A stretch of 62,289 nucleotides of DNA from a virus (taxonomy: Duplodnaviria; Caudoviricetes), in IMG/VR virus record IMGVR_UViG_3300046009_002641, positions 1 to 62,289 of that record, one strand, 5' to 3'. The position numbers and the translations under genes were made by a program. Below, one piece after another: positions 48,738-56,075 of this stretch (its first letter is position 1; each line of letters begins with the position of its first letter). Under the pieces are notes generated by a model. It worked only from the letters and a program-made list of their open reading frames with translations, did no database searches and was not told the origin of the DNA.

Positions 48738-49292
48738 GTGGCGACAGATAAAAATTTTGTAGACTCTAACGATATTGTTCACTTGTTAGAGAAACAATAC
48801 GAAACCACAGGTTTGAAGGTTTTGCGTATTGCCGCTTCTGAGTTGCGCCGGTTGTATAAACTTCTTGATCAGGAAGTTTTGAAAATTGAAAATGGAGAAC
48901 CTGAAAACCTTACGATTCGTATGAGCGTTGTTCTTAAAATGGCGCATCGGTATTTTGGCATGTCTATTGATGACATTATATCGCACAAGCGTTCGCTGAA
49001 ATACATGGCTCCCCGTCAGGTGACGATATATGTCGCCCGCAAACTTACGGACCTTTCAACGCCGCAAGTTGGAAAATGGTTTGGCGGTCGTGATCACACC
49101 ACCGTTATCCATGCCTGCAAAAAGGTCGATGAAGAAATAAAAAAGAACAATAAGCAATGGATCAAATACGTCGATGAACTTTCTGCGCTGTGCAAGAAAG
49201 AAGCTGCTATTGAGCATGAGAGAATAGAGGAAGCTAAAAGATGTCAGAGGATACAGAATCTTTCGCTGAGACGTCCCGCGTTGACGCCGTGA
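48738..49292 (+). CDS. DnaA C-terminal (domain IV) DNA-binding domain protein
   Basis: R......PRQV..Y.AR.LT.LS.PQVG.WFGGRDHTTVIHA..KV; no AAA+ domain. Confidence 0.85.
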   Translation: MATDKNFVDSNDIVHLLEKQYETTGLKVLRIAASELRRLYKLLDQEVLKIENGEPENLTIRMSVVLKMAHRYFGMSIDDIISHKRSLKYMAPRQVTIYVARKLTDLSTPQVGKWFGGRDHTTVIHACKKVDEEIKKNNKQWIKYVDELSALCKKEAAIEHERIEEAKRCQRIQNLSLRRPALTP

Positions 49293-49561
49293 CACTTGAG
49301 GTCGTGGATACTTGCATGAGCGTCGTTGATGAGTATTGCAAAGCCAATAACTTCGATGCGACAGCAATGATCTTCATGTCTGTTCATGTCGCGGCTCATC
49401 TGATGGCGCGCGGCTTGTTCTTTGCCGATGGGCCGGAAGGTCGTGACCGTCTGCGGAATAAGATGATGGACAATGCTGCGGAGATACTTGATTCGGCCCG
49501 TCAGCATATTGACCAGTCTGAACGTGAGCTTAACCAGAGCAAGATAATTAGGCCGAATTAA
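49241..49561 (+). CDS. Hypothetical protein
   Basis: GAGGA RBS; helical. Confidence 0.6.
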   Translation: MSEDTESFAETSRVDAVTLEVVDTCMSVVDEYCKANNFDATAMIFMSVHVAAHLMARGLFFADGPEGRDRLRNKMMDNAAEILDSARQHIDQSERELNQSKIIRPN

Positions 49562-49576
49562 TAGGCCCGGAATGAC

Positions 49577-49613
49577 GACGGCGGCTTGACTTGGAGCCAG
49601 CCGCCGTCATACT
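49577..49613 (+). promoter_or_regulatory. Hairpin overlapping a putative promoter
   Basis: GACGGCGGCT/AGCCGCCGTC stem overlapping TTGACT-16-CATACT. Confidence 0.45.
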
Positions 49614-49678
49614 CTGGGAATGGTTCGGGGCTGCAACCCCTGACCGGATGACACTGGAGACAACCGGAGTAAACGGCT

Positions 49679-49939
49679 ATGCCATCGGCTAGCAAGATAA
49701 ATACGCCCAAGCTTACCCAAAATCAACCCGGACAATCGCATACAAAGGCGAACAGTCAAAAGATGACTGACGCCATGGAGCTTTATGCTCTTTTGGGGCA
49801 GCTTGCTGATTTGGCCGATCATGCCCGCCGGGGGATCGACCTTGCCGGAATCACCATCGCGGAAAGCACAGTTCAAGAAATGCTTGGCTATGCCCGTGAG
49901 GTTTCCCGTTTAATGAAAAAAATAGGGGAGCATAAATAG
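49679..49939 (+). CDS. Hypothetical protein
   Basis: GGAG RBS; C-terminal helical part. Confidence 0.55.
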   Translation: MPSASKINTPKLTQNQPGQSHTKANSQKMTDAMELYALLGQLADLADHARRGIDLAGITIAESTVQEMLGYAREVSRLMKKIGEHK

Positions 49940-50300
49940 CCTTTGGCTTAGCTTCCCTAATCAGCCGCCAGCTTAGGCGAGCCGCCCGGATCTTGGCATC
50001 CGATTGAGCGGGGACAAAATCGGGAAATACCAGAAAATGGGGGCTGTCCCGGCCCGGTGGGAAATCTTGCGGAAAGATCCACCATACCTGACGATGCAGA
50101 CGATACCACAAGTCCTCATGGAGAGGCCGGAGCGGCAAGGGGATGCCGTTAGGGTGAACAGCCCATCCTAGTCAGGGAATACCAGAACCGCTGTCTAACC
50201 CGTCCGTATGGTCCCCAATGGCACAGCTTAAGCCGCCGGGGGCGTCCATCCCAGCCAATAGGCTCCAAGGGGTGGTATCGGAGCATACGGGAGAGGGAGC
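49940..50300 (+). ncRNA. Highly structured non-coding region (ncRNA or replication origin)
   Basis: Nested stems and a 13-14-nt direct repeat; no convincing ORF. Confidence 0.45.
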
Positions 50301-50309
50301 TATGCCTAA

Positions 50310-50879
50310 ATGGCAGGGAATGTAGACATGGATGACTATGACTGGGGATTACCGGAGCCGAAAAAAACCAAGTCGATTGCTGACGTCCTGAAGGATAGCA
50401 GCAAGAGAGACTATCTGAACGATGAGTTCAAAAGACGGGCTGAGAGAGGTAGGCAGGCTGAGGAGGCTGTCGCCCGTTACCTTGAACGCTGCGGTTTTGA
50501 GGTTCGATTGCCTGAGAAGATAATACGGGAAAACATAGAAGATCGTAAGAAATTTAGCGATAACGGAGACCTATTCTATAAAAAAGACGACGTCTGGTAT
50601 GAGGTTGATGTTAAAAGCCACGACTACAAAACCAAACCATTTATCAGCGTTGAGGAATTCCCCTACCCAAATGTTTTGTTAGCCCGCGAGCATAGGATGA
50701 ACTTTCGCAGAACCTATAAATGGGTTACTGTATCAAGTGATTTCAGATATGGTATCGTTACGCCGTTGGAGAGCGTGATATACTGGTTCAAAGAAACAAG
50801 AACTAAGAAAAATTATGGAACGGTAGAGACTGATTGGTATGTGCCTAAGGAGCATGCCAAAGTTGTAAAACTGGTTTGA
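50310..50879 (+). CDS. PD-(D/E)XK nuclease-like protein
   Basis: G..AE..V..YL, D.GDL, EVDVKS. Confidence 0.6.
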   Translation: MAGNVDMDDYDWGLPEPKKTKSIADVLKDSSKRDYLNDEFKRRAERGRQAEEAVARYLERCGFEVRLPEKIIRENIEDRKKFSDNGDLFYKKDDVWYEVDVKSHDYKTKPFISVEEFPYPNVLLAREHRMNFRRTYKWVTVSSDFRYGIVTPLESVIYWFKETRTKKNYGTVETDWYVPKEHAKVVKLV

Positions 50880-50891
50880 TAGGGGAATAGA

Positions 50892-52391
50892 ATGGAGCTT
50901 CGTGACTATCAGCAAACAGCCATAGATTCCGTCCGGACGGAGATAATTTCTGGTCATAAACCAGTTTTGTCTGCGCCGACTGGATCTGGAAAGACTCTGA
51001 TCGCATCTGAGATATTTGCGCTTGCCCGTGAGAAAAACAAGCGCGTTGTGTTTGTTGTTCCATTTCTAAGTTTAATTAATCAAACTTGGCGGGCATTTGA
51101 ACGCGCTGGCATGGACGCCAGAGATATGAGCATCATACAAGGTGATCACCAACTTACCAACTACTCCAAGCCAATACAGATTGCATCGGCGCAAACTTTG
51201 GAGCGTCGTCCTAAGCTACCAGAAGCTGATATGGTTATTTTTGATGAGTGCCATATTAATCGTAAGATATATCAGCGTTGGATGAATGAAGCGCCGCACA
51301 TAACATTCATAGGTCTGTCAGCCACGCCTTGGGCCAATGGCATGGGAGACCTTTGGTCCAAGATGATTGTAGTTTCTACGCTTGCGGAGTTGATTGAACA
51401 AAAGCATCTGTCGCCTTTTAAATATTACGCCCCCGCACAGCCTGATCTTTCCAAGGCTAGGGTTAGAATGGGCGACTACGTCGAATCAGATTTAGAAAAG
51501 ATCATGGTCGATGCAACTCTTATAGCTGACATTGTGAATACATGGCGTGAAAAAGCTAATGGGCGTCCGACGTTTTGTTTCTGTGTAAACCGCAAACATG
51601 CTCAAGAGGTTCAGGCTCAATTTTTACGGGCTGGCATACCGGCTGGATATGTTGATGCTTACACAAAAGTTGAGGAACGTGAAAATCTTGTGGCTCAGTT
51701 AAAAACTGGGCATTTAAGCGTCATATGCAACATTGGCACCATGACAACTGGCGTTGATGCGCCGTTTGTATCTTGCATCATCATGGCCCGTCCTACCAAA
51801 TCTGAGATGTTGTTCATTCAGATTGTCGGTCGTGGGCTTCGCCAAGATCCTGAGAGTGGCAAGACTGATTGCCTCATACTGGATCATAGCAATACAGCGC
51901 TCAACCTTGGCCGACCTGATGAAATCCACTACGATGGTTTTGCATCAGCCAAGGCTGCCACGGCTGCGGAAAAGCGCAAGCAAGAAAAGAATAAAAAGAA
52001 ACCGCGACTTTGCCCGTGCTGTCAATTTGTTCTTTTGCCAAAAGAATCTGATTGCCCTTCATGCGGATATCAGTTTCCGCCTCCTGTCAGTAACGTCGCT
52101 GTTCATGAGGGAGCGCTTGCTGAGTTGGGGCGCAAGGGTAAAGTCGGCAAATATGAGCGCGACGACAAGCAGGCTTGGTATTCTGGGCTTCTTTGGATTG
52201 CCAAAGATCGGGGATATAACAAAGGCTGGGTGGCTCACAAATACAAAGAGGCTTTTGGAGTCTGGCCAAAGGGTTTAGACGAAAGGCCGGAGTTCCCGGA
52301 CGCCACTATTTTTAATTGGGTCAAATCCAGAAATATAGCTTGGGCAAAAGTTCAGAATAAAATCCGTCAATCTGGAGGTCTTAATGGCTAG
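50892..52391 (+). CDS. Superfamily-2 (DExH) helicase with C-terminal Zn finger
   Basis: LRDYQ, APTGSGKT, DECH, SAT, TTGVD, Q.VGRGLR, CPCC..CPSC. Confidence 0.92.
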   Translation: MELRDYQQTAIDSVRTEIISGHKPVLSAPTGSGKTLIASEIFALAREKNKRVVFVVPFLSLINQTWRAFERAGMDARDMSIIQGDHQLTNYSKPIQIASAQTLERRPKLPEADMVIFDECHINRKIYQRWMNEAPHITFIGLSATPWANGMGDLWSKMIVVSTLAELIEQKHLSPFKYYAPAQPDLSKARVRMGDYVESDLEKIMVDATLIADIVNTWREKANGRPTFCFCVNRKHAQEVQAQFLRAGIPAGYVDAYTKVEERENLVAQLKTGHLSVICNIGTMTTGVDAPFVSCIIMARPTKSEMLFIQIVGRGLRQDPESGKTDCLILDHSNTALNLGRPDEIHYDGFASAKAATAAEKRKQEKNKKKPRLCPCCQFVLLPKESDCPSCGYQFPPPVSNVAVHEGALAELGRKGKVGKYERDDKQAWYSGLLWIAKDRGYNKGWVAHKYKEAFGVWPKGLDERPEFPDATIFNWVKSRNIAWAKVQNKIRQSGGLNG

Positions 52392-52914
52392 GGCTGGTCG
52401 CAAGCGCAAAGAAGGTGATCGTTACCCTGCTGGCCAGATCCGTCCGGCTGAGGAAGGACCGTCTCCGGCTGCCATAAAACGTCTCCGCAGTGCGGCTATA
52501 CTTGGCATGGCTGATCCCCAATGGGGCAGCGTGGCCGGGCTTTGTTATCTCCAGAAGATGATCGACGATATTGAGTATGAAGCCGCCAAGCGGTTTGGGG
52601 ATCTCCACGCTCAGTATATCGGGGTGATTGGTGGTCCCCGTGCCCCAAAGACATCCACCGGAGAGCGCCCAACAAGGGCTGCTGAAATTGATGTAGATAC
52701 TGAGCAGGGTGATCGTGAGGCTAAGCGGCACATCACTGTCATGACACGCTACAATGACGCCCACACGGCTTTGCTGATGGTAAGCCCGGCGACTGAGGCC
52801 GATCTGATTCGGTTTTGCGCTATGCCGGGAGAATCGCCCACCGGGTATGAGGGAATGGTCCGTGTTCGCTCTGGGCTTCGGACGCTGGCTGCCCTGTGGA
52901 AAATATCGAAATAA
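52384..52914 (+). CDS. Hypothetical protein (possible late transcription regulator)
   Basis: GGAGG RBS; basic N-terminus, GL..LA C-terminal helix; last gene of the rightward unit. Confidence 0.65.
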   Translation: MARAGRKRKEGDRYPAGQIRPAEEGPSPAAIKRLRSAAILGMADPQWGSVAGLCYLQKMIDDIEYEAAKRFGDLHAQYIGVIGGPRAPKTSTGERPTRAAEIDVDTEQGDREAKRHITVMTRYNDAHTALLMVSPATEADLIRFCAMPGESPTGYEGMVRVRSGLRTLAALWKISK

Positions 52915-52937
52915 AAAAAGCCCCGCCGAAACGGGGC
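52913..52937 (-). terminator. Intrinsic terminator (leftward)
   Basis: Minus strand GCCCCG-TTTCGG-CGGGGC-TTTTTTT. Confidence 0.75.
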
Positions 52938-52988
52938 AAATACCAAGGGAGGAAAACTCATCTTCTCATGGTATTTACGCTCAGTCAA

Positions 52989-53007
52989 ATTTGACTAGCT
53001 GTCAGAT
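52989..53007. promoter_or_regulatory. Operator copy overlapping back-to-back TTGACT -35 boxes
   Basis: ATTTGACT-AGC-TGTCAGAT; palindrome AGTCAAATTTGACT 52983-52996. Confidence 0.65.
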
Positions 53008-53021
53008 AGAATATAAATAAA

Positions 53022-53123
53022 AAACAGAACCATCTGGTTCTCCTTTCTAACTTATTCGCCGGTCCCTATCCCGGTGATATGCCCCGCCAGCGTCATCTCC
53101 ATTCCGCTGGTGGGGCTTTTTTT
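53022..53123 (+). ncRNA. Putative three-hairpin anti-Shine-Dalgarno sRNA
   Basis: TTGACT-17-TAAATA upstream; three hairpins; last is a terminator with T7 tail; C/U-rich segments complementary to phage RBSs. Confidence 0.6.
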
Positions 53124-53325
53124 ATTTACGATACTTTTCGTATGTGGCTTTGGCCTTGGCAAAGTGACCGTTGGTTTCTGATTCAATTTCAGCTTCCGCA
53201 AACGGCTTGATTGCCTCCATAAGCTCATCGACCTTTAACTCTAACTTAGCCATTTCCCAGCGAAGTTGGGCTTCGCCAGATTTATGGGTTCGGATCGTGG
53301 TGACGTCAAAGATCGTGCGTTTCAT
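53122..53325 (-). CDS. Hypothetical protein
   Basis: Overlapping leftward operon. Confidence 0.6.
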   Translation of the reverse strand: MKRTIFDVTTIRTHKSGEAQLRWEMAKLELKVDELMEAIKPFAEAEIESETNGHFAKAKATYEKYRK

Positions 53326-53539
53326 ATTTCGATAATCTTCTGGCTAGTTCTTCGTTCTTCTGTTTCGCCCGATCAAGTTTACGATCCAGAGTTCCAATTT
53401 TATCGTATTGCTGCTGGAGGCCCATTGCGGCCCCCAACATGATTGCCTGCGCCAATTCCAGCTTTTGCTCCTGATCTACCCGGAACGTCTCAAGCTGCTT
53501 GATCAGGGGCAGGATTTCAATTTTCGGTTTGTTTGTCAT
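53306..53539 (-). CDS. Coiled-coil hypothetical protein
   Basis: Overlapping leftward operon. Confidence 0.6.
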   Translation of the reverse strand: MTNKPKIEILPLIKQLETFRVDQEQKLELAQAIMLGAAMGLQQQYDKIGTLDRKLDRAKQKNEELARRLSKYETHDL

Positions 53540-53735
53540 TTTTAGAAGCTTTAATTTTATCGCAATGTTCTTCAAATGACGCCATCAACCGTTCAGTATA
53601 TTCATCATCTGTCTCAAAACCGTTAGCTTGAGCATATAAGTTGCGTAAGCCAGTAAGTTCGTCGCGGACAAACATAAGTTCTTCAGCCATTTCACGAAAA
53701 ACGGCCAACAGGGCCTCAAACTGTGCGTCATTCAT
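53517..53735 (-). CDS. Hypothetical protein (MNDAQFEALL...)
   Basis: GAATGGAG RBS before ATG 53735. Confidence 0.65.
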   Translation of the reverse strand: MNDAQFEALLAVFREMAEELMFVRDELTGLRNLYAQANGFETDDEYTERLMASFEEHCDKIKASKNDKQTEN

Positions 53736-53850
53736 TTTCTGTCTCCATTCTTCCAGTCTCCCCGGCGCTACGCTACCCGCGCTGTCGGCATTCCGGCTGT
53801 TGGCCCGCGCGAACCGTGACCTTCTCAGGGAGTGAGCGACAATCACTTTT

Positions 53851-53905
53851 TTCTGAAATTTTGTCAAATTACCTGTTGCATCTTATCTGACAATATGTAA
53901 GATAA
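53851..53905. promoter_or_regulatory. Divergent promoter region with operator(s)
   Basis: ATCTGACA-ATA-TGTAAGAT 53885-53903 (best palindrome); weaker TTCTGAAA-TTT-TGTCAAAT 53851-53869. Confidence 0.7.
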
Positions 53906-53929
53906 CTGTATCAGCAATGGAGAACTAAA

Positions 53930-54271
53930 ATGGCTAACGTCAAGAACGCCCCTGAAGGTATCTATTTTACGGAGCATGGATATAGCGAATGCTATCCGTG
54001 GATTGTTAAAAAGGTCAGCCCGTCAGGCAAGACAATTACGCTGGCGCGGGTTGAGACAAAAAATGACCCGGAGTGGAAGCCGAATTTTATCTCCGGCGGT
54101 TTCTGCGCTCATTGCGATAACCAGCATCAGCAGACATGGCTTTTCGATAGCATCTGTCCGATGAGAACAAGGACGATCCGTCTGAATAAAAAAGGCCAGT
54201 GGGTCCACAAAGATGTCATTTTTACAGAAGCGCCAAAAGGCCCATATTACTTCTACGATTACAATTTTTAG
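53930..54271 (+). CDS. Hypothetical early protein
   Basis: AATGGAG RBS; GGFCAHC.NQ..Q.W ... YYFYDYNF motif. Confidence 0.75.
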   Translation: MANVKNAPEGIYFTEHGYSECYPWIVKKVSPSGKTITLARVETKNDPEWKPNFISGGFCAHCDNQHQQTWLFDSICPMRTRTIRLNKKGQWVHKDVIFTEAPKGPYYFYDYNF

Positions 54272-54277
54272 GAATTA

Positions 54278-54297
54278 GGGGCTTCGGCCCATTTTTC
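54278..54297 (+). terminator. Intrinsic terminator (UUCG loop)
   Basis: GGGC-TTCG-GCCC-ATTTTT. Confidence 0.55.
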
Positions 54298-54301
54298 TCG
54301 C

Positions 54302-54329
54302 TTGACTGTTATCTTACAATCTGTATAAT
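54302..54329 (+). promoter_or_regulatory. Promoter with operator (54311-54329)
   Basis: TTGACT-16-TATAAT; ATCTTACA-ATC-TGTATAAT. Confidence 0.75.
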
Positions 54330-54358
54330 CAAATCATCAAAGTGAATGGAGAATCACG

Positions 54359-54625
54359 ATGAAATCTGAACTTGCTGATCGTTACGCCGCCCTGAAGATC
54401 GAACTGGAAGCCGCTCAGGCTGCTCTGGATGCGGTTAAAGCGGAGATCCTTGCCACCGGATGCGATATTCTGGAAGGCGATGATTTCCGGGTTAACGTGG
54501 GCCTTCAGGAGCGCACGACCATTTCCGCCAAGGAAGCTGAGAAGGTTTTGCCCCCGGATCTGTATGGCGTTCTGGCCAAGACCACCATGTTCCCGGCTGT
54601 CCGTTACAAAGCCATCCGGGCCTAA
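54359..54625 (+). CDS. Hypothetical early protein
   Basis: GAATGGAG RBS. Confidence 0.7.
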   Translation: MKSELADRYAALKIELEAAQAALDAVKAEILATGCDILEGDDFRVNVGLQERTTISAKEAEKVLPPDLYGVLAKTTMFPAVRYKAIRA

Positions 54626-54626
54626 T

Positions 54627-54815
54627 ATGCAGACACAGCGGCGCAGAAAAGAGCCGTGTCATTCAGACCGTCATTCCCGACTGACAAAAGCTGAGGCGGA
54701 TACGTTTCAGTTGATGCAAAAGGGGATGGCGGTCGATGACATTTGCAAGACCCTTAACATAACCCCCGGAACAGCGCGCATCCGGATCAGGGTTATCAAG
54801 GAGAAAACGCAGTGA
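54627..54815 (+). CDS. LuxR-type HTH protein
   Basis: LTKAE..TF.LM..G....DI...LNITPGTA. Confidence 0.6.
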   Translation: MQTQRRRKEPCHSDRHSRLTKAEADTFQLMQKGMAVDDICKTLNITPGTARIRIRVIKEKTQ

Positions 54816-55111
54816 GGTCATCGTCCATCCCGTTTGCCATGCTTGGTTTTGGCATTATCATAGGCGCTGGCCTGATGCTTGCGGCAACCCCAACCCCTGT
54901 ATGGAATGTAAAGTGCCAAACATACGGTGTCTCACATAAAGTGGCCACGTCATATGTCCTCAGGTCTCCGCCGGCTGAGGTCGTCTACAAGGCTTGCCCG
55001 CAAGTAACAGAAAAGGCCGAACCTGTTAGTGAGCCGGAAATAGCTAAGGTGGATGAGATCAAGCCGCGTCACCATCGGCGCCACCATAGAGTGCGGAGGT
55101 ATTGGCGATGA
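54812..55111 (+). CDS. Membrane-anchored protein with His/Arg-rich tail
   Basis: N-terminal TM; RHHRRHHRVRR. Confidence 0.65.
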   Translation: MRSSSIPFAMLGFGIIIGAGLMLAATPTPVWNVKCQTYGVSHKVATSYVLRSPPAEVVYKACPQVTEKAEPVSEPEIAKVDEIKPRHHRRHHRVRRYWR

Positions 55112-55368
55112 CTGACTACACCGACCTAATCGCACGGCTGCGTGCTCGCGTCCCGTCCATCTATGACTGCAAAGACGCCGCCGATGCCCTTGCGGCGCAA
55201 GCCGCCCGCATCGCGGAACTTGAAGCGGCGCTGTGTCCGTTTGCTGACGTAGACGTTTCTGACTGCGCTGATGGCCACGTTTGCTATTTCTGGGGATTTG
55301 GCGAGAACGCTGGAAAGGTTAGCGCAGCCGAAGTCCGCGCCGCCCGCGCCGCTTTGGAGAAGAAGTGA
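55108..55368 (+). CDS. Small cassette protein (MTDYT...ARIAELEAAL...RAARAALEKK)
   Basis: ATGA-coupled; shared motifs with following ORFs. Confidence 0.65.
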   Translation: MTDYTDLIARLRARVPSIYDCKDAADALAAQAARIAELEAALCPFADVDVSDCADGHVCYFWGFGENAGKVSAAEVRAARAALEKK

Positions 55369-55703
55369 TGACTGACTACACCAACACCTACCCCGACCTT
55401 GTGAACGTCGAAGATTGGCTGAACGCCAAGGGCTACACGGGCGAGGCTGGCGCTTGTCATCAGGCTATGAGCCTGATCCGCAAGCAAGAGACGCGGATTG
55501 CGGAGTTGGAAAAAATGCTCGCCGTGCATCGTCTGGCGGTTGACGTTGACGCCTTAAAAGCCCGCATCGCGGAACTTACTGCGGCGCTGCGAGAGTTCAA
55601 CTTCTATCTGATTTTGGATAGCGACAAGGACACTGACACTTTGCCTGTGTTGATTGGACATATCCGCGCCGCGCGCGCCTCTTATCTGGGAGAGAAGGAA
55701 TGA
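55365..55703 (+). CDS. Small cassette protein (MTDYT...RIAEL...RAARA)
   Basis: Paralogous ends. Confidence 0.65.
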   Translation: MMTDYTNTYPDLVNVEDWLNAKGYTGEAGACHQAMSLIRKQETRIAELEKMLAVHRLAVDVDALKARIAELTAALREFNFYLILDSDKDTDTLPVLIGHIRAARASYLGEKE

Positions 55704-55867
55704 CTGACGAACAATTCAACGCGCTTATGGCGCTTATTGACGCGATGATTGATGACAAAATCATCGGAGACAATCACACCTCTTACCGCAAGATGCTTTT
55801 GGAAAAAGACGCAAGGGCGTTGTTCGTTGAAGCCGCCCGCGCCGCTTTGGAGGATAAGAATGACTGA
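55700..55867 (+). CDS. 55-aa cassette protein (absent from ORF track)
   Basis: MTDEQFNALMALIDAMI...EAARAALEDKND; ATGA-coupled. Confidence 0.6.
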   Translation: MTDEQFNALMALIDAMIDDKIIGDNHTSYRKMLLEKDARALFVEAARAALEDKND

Positions 55868-56075
55868 ATCGTCTGATAAGCGTAAGCTAAGGCATGAAAA
55901 GTGGAAGGCCAAAAAGGCATCTGATCCTGAATTTGCCGCCAAGCAAAGGGAGTTGAGCCGTGCCGCCAAGAAGCGCTATGAGGCAAAGAAGAAACTAACC
56001 CGGCAATCATCTGGTCCTGTAGGTTCTGGAAAGCCGGGTAGGATTGTCGCCCTGTGTGGGTGGAGTGGCTGGTGA
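55860..56075 (+). CDS. Small basic protein
   Basis: GGAGG RBS before ATG 55860. Confidence 0.6.
   Translation: MTESSDKRKLRHEKWKAKKASDPEFAAKQRELSRAAKKRYEAKKKLTRQSSGPVGSGKPGRIVALCGWSGW

Noticed and set aside
49615-49680. Possible tRNA (GGTTCG-containing hairpin)
   Set aside because: No cloverleaf, acceptor stem or CCA could be built; just a leader hairpin.
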